This document shows, one piece after another, positions 6,966 through 15,835 of a stretch of 31,869 bases of DNA. The DNA is taken from contig DASRKU010000372.1 of NCBI GenBank assembly GCA_035648815.1, positions 1-31,869 on the forward strand. Direction: 5' to 3'. The stretch is from Verrucomicrobiia bacterium (GTDB taxonomy: Bacteria > Verrucomicrobiota > Verrucomicrobiia > Limisphaerales > BOG-1460). The stretch's first letter is position 1, and each line of letters opens with the position of its first letter. Made by a program: the position numbers and the translations under genes. The notes below the pieces were generated by a model. The model saw only the letters and a program-made list of their open reading frames with translations, had not been told where the DNA came from and made no database searches.

Positions 6966-9900
6966 TCACGGGCTGACCTGGCGGATGCGGTAGAAGCGTT
7001 GCGAAGCAGCCGGACTCAAGGGCGGTATGCCGGATAAAATGCCGTCATCCTCCCAACTGGAGATGCTGGCGCTGCTGGTGTTGGTGAGCAACGGCTGCCA
7101 GTTGGTGGGAGACAAACCGGGGGTGAACTGCACTTCGTAGGCGGCGCCGGGTGTGGTTTTCCATTGCAGTGTCGCACTGTGCTGCACGGCATCGGTATCC
7201 AGCGCGGTGATCTGCAACACCGGTGCCGGCGCGATGGTGAATTGGCTGAAGAAGGCATTCCGGTCTTCCGGCGGCGCGTAATAATCGTTCAGAAAGGCAA
7301 CGCCGATGGCGTGTGCCCCGGCCGTCAGGAACAAGGTGGCGCTGTAGGTGGCCAGGTTGGTGCCAGTGAGGAAAAAATTGGTCTGGGAGATGCCGTCCAC
7401 CGTCACGCCAACCTGGGGCAAAACGCCGGCAGCGGAGGTGCCGCCGGCGATGATCGTGAACGTGTAATTGCCGGAGGCGGTGATATTCACGGAGGTTTCA
7501 ATCCGTCCGTTGCTGTTGAGATAGGCAATGCCGCCGGACGTGTTGTAGGCCGCGACATTCACGTTGGTCATAGTTCCCGCCACGATCGTGACACCAGGTG
7601 AAGGTTGAACCGCAACACCCAAATCGGTGAGCAGCCTGCTGATGTAGCGTCCGGCCCTGGTGGCGTTTTGCGTTTCGGTGTCCCACTCGATTTCGTCAAG
7701 AATCACCAGTCCGCTGCCCCGGCGATCCTGCGCCAACGCGCCGGGACGGGTGAGCAAGGTGGCCGGATTGTCGTCGGCATCGCGGCCCCAAAGGATTTGG
7801 GCGAGGAACAGATTGCGATCCTCGGGAGGTGCATACGCATCGTTGTCGAAGGAAACCGCCAGTTGATGGGTGCCCGGCGTGAGATCAGCGCTCAAAGTGT
7901 AATAAGCCAGAAGGTTGGTGGGCACGGTCACCGAATCCTGCGCCACACCATCAATCTCCAGCGACATTTGTGGCCAGCCGCCTTGAACCGGCGTGCCGCT
8001 GGCCTGCACGTTGAATAAGTACGTTCCCGCCTGGGTCACATTGATGTTCTGGGCGACATAACCGTTGGCGTAGAGCCACCAGCCGCCCGACCCGGCGCCG
8101 CCGGTGCTATGAATCGGCATGGTCAGCACCTGAATGGTGTTGTAGGTGGTCAGGTTGAAGTTCTTGTGATAGTAGCGGCTGGCAACGTTGCTGGACAACA
8201 CCTCGGTCTGGTTCCAGGCGCCGGGCAGGCTGATCCAATACAAATCGTCATTGGCGGGCCGAACCACGGCGTTGGTCGAGTCGTGGCGTAACACGAGGCT
8301 GAGGGCGGTGGAGTTGTTGTTCAACTCCGGAAACAGCCCGGCCCCGGCGGCGGCGAGAAAAGCATCGGTCGGCCGGTGCAGAACCAGTTTGCCGCCGCGC
8401 GCAACGTAATTGGTGAGCGCGGGCAATTGTGCCGTCGCTTCTGACCATGCCGCATTGCCGCCGGCCACGATGAGCACCGGGTAAACCGCAGGGTCGCAGT
8501 TCGTCAGACGGCCGGAAAAGTTTTCGGCCAGCAATCCGAGCTGGGCGAGCTTGATGGCGGCGGACGATTGGGTTTCCGCCAGCAGCCCGGCGGGATGCAG
8601 CGCCTGATGCCCGGCGCCCGATCCGCAGTAATTCAGCAGGCGTTGCAGCAACACGCCGGCGAGCGGTTCGACGTCGAATCGCGCCGTCAGCGGCCATTGC
8701 GAGCCCAGGATGCCGCCGGAACCCACCGGCAATTCCACGGCGGCGGCATAGGCGAGTCCACTGGTGGAGCCAATCGAGGCCAACACCCGGAAATTGCCGC
8801 CCAACGGCATATTGAGTGCATTCACCACCACGCGGTTGTCGGCGGCCCACCAGCAAAGGTCTGTGGAAGTGAGGTCCGCGGTGACCGGATGATTGGCATT
8901 CGGAAAAGCAAAGCTGGCGTCATAATTCTGCACCTGCAAACCGGCGGGCATCCAGGCCGGATAATTGGTTTGATCGAGCACGAGCACCCAGCCGCCCTGC
9001 GCGGCAAAGTTCTGCCATTGGGCCGCCACGGTGCCCGAACCCACCTCGGGCACCGGTTCGGCGACGAGCGCGTTCTGGCCCACCACCAACAGCTTCAATT
9101 GGCCGTACGCCGTCGTGTGCAGATTAGTCACGCTGGTGAACGGAATGCCAAAGCGTCCCAACAAACCGGCGGTGGCCCCCGCCGGATCGTACAAACCCAG
9201 TTTCACTCCGGCCGGCAACGCGAGGCTTGTTGGCGACAGGGCCGAATAGAGCACGGTGTTGGTGTAAACCACGGTGGCGGCGTTGTCCAATTCGAGCTGC
9301 AGCGGGAACGGTCCGATGGTCGCCGGCACCGGGAACGAAATGTTGCCCTGCCATTGCCCGGCCGGCGGCAGCGAGAACGTCGTGTTCTGCCACGCCCCGG
9401 CGCCGGCCTTCCAGCGCAGCGTAAAGCTGCCGGCCGCCAGCGTGTCGTTGTAAACATGCAACGCACGCTGCGCGGTGGCGCCCGTGAAGAAACGCGGATT
9501 GTACTGGTCCAAAAACACGGCATTGGGTTCGTACGCGGCCTTTTGAATCCCGTAAAGATAATTTGAACTGGTGTTCAAGGCGAACACGCCCCACACGACA
9601 CTGGGATCCTCGAACTCGGTCCAGGGAGACATCCCGTTGACGCCATAGGAGCGGTAGGCCTGGATCTGCATCTGCCAGGTGAGCCCCTTGGACAGGATGC
9701 GATAATGGGCTGGATCGAAATAAGCGTCGTCGCCAAAAAGAATCGTGTAATACTGCGCCGACGTGTCCGGAATCCAGAGAAATTCACCGATGTAAAGCGG
9801 CTTGGACCGGTCCCAAATCCATTGGCCGCCGGGCATCCAATCCCGTGCGATCGATTGATTCATCCAGTAGGCATCGTTGGGCCAGACGTGGAAATCGGGA

Positions 9901-11336
9901 AAATCATGCGGATAATGGAGGCCGAGCACGTCCGCGGCGCCGTTTGGATCGAGGTCAGCCTCGTAGGTGATGGGTCGCGTCGGGTCCAGGCCCTTGAGGA
10001 TGCCGCCCATCGCCGCCAGTTCGCCGACGGTGCCGGAATAGAGTTTTTCCCCGCCGCAATGAAGAATCTCGTTCTCCAGGCTCCACAGGACGATGGACGG
10101 ATGGTTGCGGTCGCGCTGCACCGCGGCGGAAATGTGCTGCGCATAATTGGTCCAGAAGGTCGTGCTGCTCAGCTGGTAGGCCATCGGATCGCACCACACC
10201 GCGCATTCCTCCACCACCAGCACGCCGACTTCATCGGCAATCTGGTACCACGGTTCATCCCACGGTTGCGTGTGAAACCGGATGGCAACGTTGTTGCCGG
10301 CTTTGACGTCATTCAAAATCTGGCGGATCTGGTTGGTATCCTGAAGGTCGGACGGCGGCCACGTCGCCGTGGCCAGCAGGTTGATCGGCGTGCCGTTGAG
10401 ATAAAACAACCCGCCCTGGGCCCAGAATTCGCGGAAGCCAAAGCGCGTCTGCAGCTGGTCCTGGCCGGTGCCGCTCGCCACGGTCGTGGCGAGATAATAC
10501 AGATACGGATCATGGTGCGTCCACAAATGCGGATTGTTCCAGGACGCCGTGAGATCGAGCTGGGTGCTGGCCCCCGCCCCGATGACGATCTGCTGCGCCG
10601 GCAGCGACAAGGCGGTGATGGCGCCGTCCAGAACACTGTTGGTGAGGTTGACCGTCTGTGCGGAACCGCTGTCGTTGCGTACCGTCAGGCGGACGGTGAG
10701 CCGGTTGGACCGCACCGAAGGCATCACAAACACATCGGCGATGGATACCGGCGGAACGCTCACGATTTTGACCGGCTGCCAGATGCCATACAATTCATAA
10801 CGCCCGCCGATGGGCGCCAGGATGTTGTTAGTGACGAAGTACCGCGCATCTTCGCCGGCGGGCTGGTTGCTGAAATTCACCGGTTGCGCAAAAGTCGCGG
10901 TCCAGTCGGTCACGCCCACGATCAACTCGTTCGTCTGCCCGACGAGCGAGGCGGCAGTGATGTCGAAGGCGAAGGCTTCGTAGCCGTTGAGATAATTGCC
11001 GATGAACGTGCCATTGAGCCAGACCTGCGCATTGTATTTTACGCCGCCGAATTTCAGTTTGAGCTGCGTGCCGGCCACCGTGGACGGCAGGGCAAACGTG
11101 GTTCGAAACCACGCGTGCTGGTATTGGTAGCCGGAAAGAAAACCGGGCACGGTGATGGTCTGCCAGTTGTTGCTGGGCGGGTAGCTGAGCTGGCTGACAT
11201 TCTGATATTGCCACGTGCCGCCCAGATCCAGCTCCGTCCGCGCAGCGTCGGCCCGGAAAATAACCCAAATAAGGAGCAACAGACCAAGGATCAAAGCGCG
11301 GGCATAACCGCGAACATGCGGCCGCGGGAAAGTCAT
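6966..11336 (-). CDS. Secreted multimodular glycoside hydrolase family 2 (beta-galactosidase/glucuronidase-like) with two GATase1-like domains, two CBM60-like modules and a C-terminal RFYR domain, 1456 aa
   Basis: Signal peptide from ATG 11336 (MTFPRPHVRGYARALILGLLLLIWVIFRADA); LKFGGVKYNAQVWLNG; TRFGFREF; DRNHPSIVLWSLENE (acid/base); PLYIGEF (nucleophile); FDNDAYAPPEDRNLFL and FLNDYYAPPEDRNAFF CBM-type motifs. Confidence 0.9.
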   Translation of the reverse strand: MTFPRPHVRGYARALILGLLLLIWVIFRADAARTELDLGGTWQYQNVSQLSYPPSNNWQTITVPGFLSGYQYQHAWFRTTFALPSTVAGTQLKLKFGGVKYNAQVWLNGTFIGNYLNGYEAFAFDITAASLVGQTNELIVGVTDWTATFAQPVNFSNQPAGEDARYFVTNNILAPIGGRYELYGIWQPVKIVSVPPVSIADVFVMPSVRSNRLTVRLTVRNDSGSAQTVNLTNSVLDGAITALSLPAQQIVIGAGASTQLDLTASWNNPHLWTHHDPYLYYLATTVASGTGQDQLQTRFGFREFWAQGGLFYLNGTPINLLATATWPPSDLQDTNQIRQILNDVKAGNNVAIRFHTQPWDEPWYQIADEVGVLVVEECAVWCDPMAYQLSSTTFWTNYAQHISAAVQRDRNHPSIVLWSLENEILHCGGEKLYSGTVGELAAMGGILKGLDPTRPITYEADLDPNGAADVLGLHYPHDFPDFHVWPNDAYWMNQSIARDWMPGGQWIWDRSKPLYIGEFLWIPDTSAQYYTILFGDDAYFDPAHYRILSKGLTWQMQIQAYRSYGVNGMSPWTEFEDPSVVWGVFALNTSSNYLYGIQKAAYEPNAVFLDQYNPRFFTGATAQRALHVYNDTLAAGSFTLRWKAGAGAWQNTTFSLPPAGQWQGNISFPVPATIGPFPLQLELDNAATVVYTNTVLYSALSPTSLALPAGVKLGLYDPAGATAGLLGRFGIPFTSVTNLHTTAYGQLKLLVVGQNALVAEPVPEVGSGTVAAQWQNFAAQGGWVLVLDQTNYPAWMPAGLQVQNYDASFAFPNANHPVTADLTSTDLCWWAADNRVVVNALNMPLGGNFRVLASIGSTSGLAYAAAVELPVGSGGILGSQWPLTARFDVEPLAGVLLQRLLNYCGSGAGHQALHPAGLLAETQSSAAIKLAQLGLLAENFSGRLTNCDPAVYPVLIVAGGNAAWSEATAQLPALTNYVARGGKLVLHRPTDAFLAAAGAGLFPELNNNSTALSLVLRHDSTNAVVRPANDDLYWISLPGAWNQTEVLSSNVASRYYHKNFNLTTYNTIQVLTMPIHSTGGAGSGGWWLYANGYVAQNINVTQAGTYLFNVQASGTPVQGGWPQMSLEIDGVAQDSVTVPTNLLAYYTLSADLTPGTHQLAVSFDNDAYAPPEDRNLFLAQILWGRDADDNPATLLTRPGALAQDRRGSGLVILDEIEWDTETQNATRAGRYISRLLTDLGVAVQPSPGVTIVAGTMTNVNVAAYNTSGGIAYLNSNGRIETSVNITASGNYTFTIIAGGTSAAGVLPQVGVTVDGISQTNFFLTGTNLATYSATLFLTAGAHAIGVAFLNDYYAPPEDRNAFFSQFTIAPAPVLQITALDTDAVQHSATLQWKTTPGAAYEVQFTPGLSPTNWQPLLTNTSSASISSWEDDGILSGIPPLSPAASQRFYRIRQVSP

Positions 11337-11554
11337 TAGCGTTAGGTTAAGACGATTCCCCCCGGAGTCAAGCCGCCCTGTCCGCGTCAATACCGCCACC
11401 CTTGGCCACCTATTTCGGACGATGAAGCTACGAGACGTCCTAATCTTCAGCCGCAAAAGGGCTCTCTTGGGCGCGCAAAGCAGGCGGCGGCCGGCATGGA
11501 CGACTTCCAAGGAAGCCGGGTTGACGATTTTGGTGAGTGCCGAGCGGCTGGAAA

Positions 11555-11612
11555 GCATGCACACACACGCAGAGAGAGACATCATCCGCTATACACACGC
11601 GCGCACACACAC
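11555..11612. repeat. Dinucleotide-rich tract (alternating purine/pyrimidine runs plus an AG run) in the GH2/flavoredoxin divergent spacer
   Basis: gcatgcacacacacgca (11555-11571), agagagag, tatacacacgcgcgcacacacac (11590-11612). Confidence 0.6.
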
Positions 11613-11683
11613 CCGCTGCCACAGTGAGCGGTCGTCCTCTGGGCTTGGATACTGTGGGAGTCTGGATTAAAATGGTGCCGCCT

Positions 11684-12250
11684 ATGAAAAAGTCTCTTGG
11701 AGCCAAGACCCTTGTTTACCCGACGCCGGTGTTTGTGGTTGGAACCTACGACAAAGAGGGCAAGCCAAACGTGATGACAGCCTCGTGGGGCGGCATCTGC
11801 TGTTCCCAGCCGCCCTGCATTGCGGTGTCTCTGCGCAAGGCGACCTACACCCACGGCAACATTCTGGCGCGCAAAGCATTTACCATCAGCATCCCGTCCG
11901 AGGAGCACGTCCGAGAGGCGGATTACTTCGGAGTGGTCTCGGGCAGAAACGAGGATAAATTTGCGGCGACAAAGCTGACCCCGGTCAGAGCCGAATTCGT
12001 GGATGCCCCTTATGTGAAAGAGTTCCTTCTGATCGTGGAATGCAAGCTGGCCCACGTCATCGAGCTTGGGCTGCACACGCAGTTCGTCGGCGAGGTCGTG
12101 GACGTGAAAGCGGAGGACAGCGTCATGGCAAACGGCGGCTTGCTGGATATCACCAAGATCAAACCGCTGGTGTTTGCGCCGGACACGCAGGGTTATTACG
12201 GAATCGGCAAATTTATTGGAAAGGCGTTCTCGGTCGGCAAACGCATCTGA
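11684..12250 (+). CDS. flr: Flavoredoxin / flavin reductase-like FMN-binding protein, 188 aa
   Basis: [23 protein letters not shown]...[29 protein letters not shown]...[14 protein letters not shown] closely resembles Desulfovibrio flavoredoxin as I recall it; start at ATG 11684. Confidence 0.88.
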   Translation: MKKSLGAKTLVYPTPVFVVGTYDKEGKPNVMTASWGGICCSQPPCIAVSLRKATYTHGNILARKAFTISIPSEEHVREADYFGVVSGRNEDKFAATKLTPVRAEFVDAPYVKEFLLIVECKLAHVIELGLHTQFVGEVVDVKAEDSVMANGGLLDITKIKPLVFAPDTQGYYGIGKFIGKAFSVGKRI

Positions 12251-12312
12251 AGCCAGACACGCAACGGAGATTCTGAAGCGGGCCGGGCGCGGGCGGAATC
12301 ACCACACGCAAC

Positions 12313-12340
12313 TTTTTTGCCTACGCCTTGGCAAAAGAAA
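12313..12340. terminator. Possible bidirectional terminator between convergent genes
   Basis: ttttttgcc-tacgcctt-ggcaaaagaaa inverted repeat with T and A flanks. Confidence 0.35.
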
Positions 12341-12425
12341 CCGATTGTGTTTGACGTAATTGCCCATAGTGGGATCAACCGGCAGCCATCCGTAAGGCGC
12401 CAGGTAGCTTGACTCCACAACTGCA

Positions 12426-13367
12426 CTAAAACCGACAGACCAAATCCAGAGTGACAAATGGACTGGGCTTGAACGAGACGGTTTGGTCCAGGCGCGTGTA
12501 ATTGATCTGCCGACCCACGGAATAGCCGCTTTGGAGCCCCACGGACACACCCGAAAGCAGTCGGTATTCCGCGCCGGGCCCGAGGTGAAAATCGCGATAG
12601 GTGCCCAGCGCATTGTTAAACATCGGTTGGTTGATCTTGCTGCCAAGATTGGAGTCTCCGCGGAACACCATGAAATTTCCTCCAGCGCGGAGAAAAACCG
12701 TGGTCCTTGCGTCCAGGCGATAGATCAATGCCGGCCCAGGCCACATAAAATTGAGCGTCAGATTCGTTTCGATATCCCATCGGAAACCCGCCAGTGGGAG
12801 CACGGGTATCTGGTTGTCCGGCTCGAAGGCGATTCCGAACCCAAGCGTGAAGTCGGGCCTCCATTTATATACCGCCCTCACTACTCCGGCTACGCCGATG
12901 TCATCTCCTCCAATGTTGTCCAGCCGGTATAAACGCGGTCCAATCGTCCCCAGAAACGTCCAACGATCATCTAATCGATAACCTGCTCCCGTCTGAAACC
13001 CAAGCGTGTGCACCCGGTCCGGAATTGGCGCACCTTCCACAGTCCCGAGAAGGAGATTGCGCGAGCCCAATTCTGCTGGAACAAACCACTTCTCTGCAAC
13101 CGGGATTTCCGTCGACAGACCGACACTAAACGCATTCGCATCGGACCTGGTTTTGGTTCCCTGAAAGGAAACATCCCCGGGAGCAACGTAGGAGTAATCC
13201 GTGATTGCTCGAATCGACAGTGCGTTGGTTTTGGAAGTAATCGAATAAGCATGACCGAAGCCCGTGGGCGGAGGCGTGGATGGACCAACGGCTTGGCCCA
13301 GCGCAGAAAGGCAAAGCAGGCACGAGATGCAGAAATCTGTTGCGACGACGTTGCGGGCTCTTTTCAT
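12426..13367 (-). CDS. Predicted outer-membrane beta-barrel protein (DUF6268-like), 313 aa
   Basis: Signal peptide MKRARNVVATDFCISCLLCLSALG; alternating amphipathic strands (GVVRAVYKW, FTLGFGIAF, VLPLAGFRWDI, HLGPGAEYRL); terminal Phe (LDLVCRF). The DUF assignment is from memory. Confidence 0.7.
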   Translation of the reverse strand: MKRARNVVATDFCISCLLCLSALGQAVGPSTPPPTGFGHAYSITSKTNALSIRAITDYSYVAPGDVSFQGTKTRSDANAFSVGLSTEIPVAEKWFVPAELGSRNLLLGTVEGAPIPDRVHTLGFQTGAGYRLDDRWTFLGTIGPRLYRLDNIGGDDIGVAGVVRAVYKWRPDFTLGFGIAFEPDNQIPVLPLAGFRWDIETNLTLNFMWPGPALIYRLDARTTVFLRAGGNFMVFRGDSNLGSKINQPMFNNALGTYRDFHLGPGAEYRLLSGVSVGLQSGYSVGRQINYTRLDQTVSFKPSPFVTLDLVCRF

Positions 13368-13613
13368 AGTGTGTTCCGGAAGCAACCAAGAAGGTCATTA
13401 CATTTGGTTGGCGGACTTAGGGGTCTTAAGGGTCACAAATGAGCGTATATCTTTTGGGAACGCAACAGCACTTGGCCCTGAACCAGCCGGATTTTGTGGT
13501 GCAACAGAACTTCTCCTGATACCATACAACCATAAAGGCAGGTCCGTGAATGTGTATCAAGGATTATTTGGGATTCCAAGAACGTGGCTATCTACACATG
13601 CTTAGCCGCGACC

Positions 13614-13808
13614 TCACCAAGGGCGATTGAGGTCGGGACGCCGTTTTCGGTTATCCTGAACGCGCGTTTGCAGGCTTGGGTTTGGTGAGCTTTCGGGAGG
13701 TACCCGTGCCCGATTTGACGCGGCGTTTATTGCCGTCATCTCCTCGTCGATTACCGCGAGCAACTCTTGCCGGCCTTGCCGTGTCGCTGCCGAACAGGTG
13801 AATACCAA
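13614..13808 (-). pseudogene. Orphan C-terminal tail of a TRAFAC GTPase (EngB/YihA-like), out of frame and overlapping the rsgA 3' end
   Basis: (L)VFTCSAATRQGRQELLAVIDEEM fits the G5 strand-SA-xxx-G-xx-EL helix of small GTPases. Nothing upstream encodes G1-G4 in this frame. Confidence 0.6.
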
Positions 13809-14806
13809 GCGGCTCTCTTTTCGGCTTCGCGCAGGTAGCGGATTTCGAGTTGGAGTTTGAGGAAACTGTCATACCGCTCGCGCGGGAGCGTGCCGGCGGC
13901 GAGCGCTTCGAGCACCGCACATTTATTCTCCTTCGTATGGGTGCAGTCGCGGAAGTGGCAGCGCACAGACAGCGCGTCGACCTCTGGAAAAGCTTGCTTC
14001 GATCCTTCACTGGCAATCCAGATGTGAAATTCTCTCATGCCCGGCGTGTCAATGACCACGCCGCCTTGTGGGAGGAAAATCATCTCGCGCCACGAAGTGG
14101 TATGCCGGCCTTTGGCGTCATTCGTGCGCACTTCCACGGTGGCCTGGATGTCTTCTCCATAGAGGCGGTTGATCAGGCTCGACTTGCCGACACCGGAGGT
14201 GCCGATGAACACGGCTGTGTCGCCGGGCTTGATCAGTTGCGCCAATTTCTTTACGCCTCGCCCGGTGAGCGCACAGGCCGCGAGCACTAAAGCGTCGCCG
14301 GCCACGCGAGTAGCGTCCGCGAGCCTTGCGTCAAGGTCGTCGCACAAATCGATTTTGTTCAGGAGAACGACTGGGCGAGCGCCGCTTTCATAGGCTACGG
14401 CCAGCATCTGCTGCAGACACACGGCGTCGAAACTCGCGTCCGCGGCGGTTACCATGAACGCCGTGTCGATATTTGTGGCGAGGATATGCTCAGTGCTGCC
14501 TCGGCCGGTCATCTTGCGGCAGAGTTGGGTGCGTCGCGGAAGGATGGCCTGGATCATCGCCTTCTCCTCTTTGGGAACGAGTTTTACGGCGACCCAGTCC
14601 CCGACCTTGGGCAGTTTTGCATTGGACCCGCGGGCTTCGTGCATGCACTTGCCTGTGACTTGCGCGAGAAGTTCCGCGTCAGCGGTCCAGACGCGGAAGA
14701 AATGTTTGTCCTCCACCGCCACGCGAGCCGGAACCAGGCCCTTGGCATGGTAAGGCGCGAACTGCTGGTTGAGGTCAGCATTCCAGCCCAACTTCGTCAG
14801 GTCCAT
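13751..14806 (-). CDS. rsgA: Ribosome small subunit-dependent GTPase A (circularly permuted), 351 aa; the last ~17 aa are probably not native
   Basis: OB-fold N-terminus (VGDWV), G4 LLNKIDL, G1 GTSGVGKSSL, G2 GRHTT, G3 DTPGMRE, Zn-finger CHFRDCTHTKENKC. Confidence 0.95.
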   Translation of the reverse strand: MDLTKLGWNADLNQQFAPYHAKGLVPARVAVEDKHFFRVWTADAELLAQVTGKCMHEARGSNAKLPKVGDWVAVKLVPKEEKAMIQAILPRRTQLCRKMTGRGSTEHILATNIDTAFMVTAADASFDAVCLQQMLAVAYESGARPVVLLNKIDLCDDLDARLADATRVAGDALVLAACALTGRGVKKLAQLIKPGDTAVFIGTSGVGKSSLINRLYGEDIQATVEVRTNDAKGRHTTSWREMIFLPQGGVVIDTPGMREFHIWIASEGSKQAFPEVDALSVRCHFRDCTHTKENKCAVLEALAAGTLPRERYDSFLKLQLEIRYLREAEKRAAWYSPVRQRHGKAGKSCSR

Positions 14807-14948
14807 AGAGGCGTGCTGATTGAATTATTCATTGCCTGTAGTTTGATTTCGCCTTCATAATGGCATTGTGAAGCTGAAATCGATAGCGCTAAACTTAATC
14901 CCGCCGGATTGACGAACCGATCGGAATTCTCGACGATGCGGGGCCAGA

Positions 14949-15671
14949 ATGAACTTCAAAAACTTCGGAGGTTTGGCAGTTCTGATTTGCACGATCTGCT
15001 TTTATATACGTCCTCTATTGGCTGGAGACTTGGGCAATCCTTCCGAGAATGCCACGAATGCACCCGGCAATCCCTCAAGAGAAGGACAGCTCGCCGCGCT
15101 CCAACTGGAGATGACGAACGCGAGTCAACGCGTGATCCAAATTGTGAACAGACCGGTGAGGGCGTTCGCGCGCACTCCGGATTTGCCGGTGGCCACGTAC
15201 AGCCCGGGATGGTTCCACCCGGGCGCAAGCAAACCGGATTTCGAAAATGTCGACGTGCGCCAAACCCAGGAATTGATCTATGCGAAGAACCAGTACGTCA
15301 CTTCGGACCTCAATCCGGGAGTCGTGTTCCTCGGCCGGGATTTGGAATTCAACTCGATGACCAAGTACTTTTACGTCAATCGATCGTTGCCCAAATGCCG
15401 GCTGACGGAAACGGAGATGCTGGAAATCAATCGCCTTTACCGGATCATCGGCCGTTGTGAAAAAGAGATCCAACGACTTCAGGAACCTCCTCCAGGTGAA
15501 TCGGTTCACTCGCGCCAAGCAGAGAGCGACATCGAAACCGGCCAGTTGGGATTTGTTGATCGGATTCGAAGCATCCCGACGCAGACTCGCGTCATCTACG
15601 GCAGCGGCATCATCGGCGCGTTCCTTCTCGTGCTGGTGGTCCTGCGGTCCGTGAGGAACAGGAGCCGCTGA
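14949..15671 (+). CDS. Hypothetical exported protein with a C-terminal membrane anchor, 240 aa
   Basis: Signal-like N-terminus; globular core (YSPGWFHPGASKPDF...LEFNSMTKYFY...EINRLYRIIG); C-terminal hydrophobic helix IIGAFLLVLVVL plus basic tail RSVRNRSR. Confidence 0.75.
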   Translation: MNFKNFGGLAVLICTICFYIRPLLAGDLGNPSENATNAPGNPSREGQLAALQLEMTNASQRVIQIVNRPVRAFARTPDLPVATYSPGWFHPGASKPDFENVDVRQTQELIYAKNQYVTSDLNPGVVFLGRDLEFNSMTKYFYVNRSLPKCRLTETEMLEINRLYRIIGRCEKEIQRLQEPPPGESVHSRQAESDIETGQLGFVDRIRSIPTQTRVIYGSGIIGAFLLVLVVLRSVRNRSR

Positions 15672-15835
15672 AGAGCCGGAAATCTGCGCCCAAGATGAAT
15701 TCATCAGCGAATTTCGCGACCGCTTGCAACTTCCGGAACGGCGCCATTCTTCCGGAATAGTCGCTGCTTGTGCTCCCATCAGAAACCCGGCTTCACTCCG
15801 GCTAGAGTCAGCGCGACGCGGAACCATGCCGTCGT

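Noticed and set aside
11450-11530. Resemblance to a c-di-GMP-I riboswitch (GCAAA...GCGCAAAGC...GCCGGGTTG)
   Set aside because: No GAAA tetraloop, no tetraloop-receptor (CUAA/AUG) element and poor closing helix. An Infernal search against RF01051 would settle it.
11337-11683. Upstream extensions of GH2 (start 11585) and flavoredoxin (start 11537) in the ORF track
   Set aside because: The extensions overlap each other, cross the dinucleotide tract and precede an obvious signal peptide or family N-terminus; starts at 11336 and 11684 are preferred.
15731-15757. Tandem TTCCGGAA palindromes upstream of the PEP-CTERM gene (another at 13374-13381)
   Set aside because: The 8-mer also occurs inside a coding region and is too short to separate from chance.
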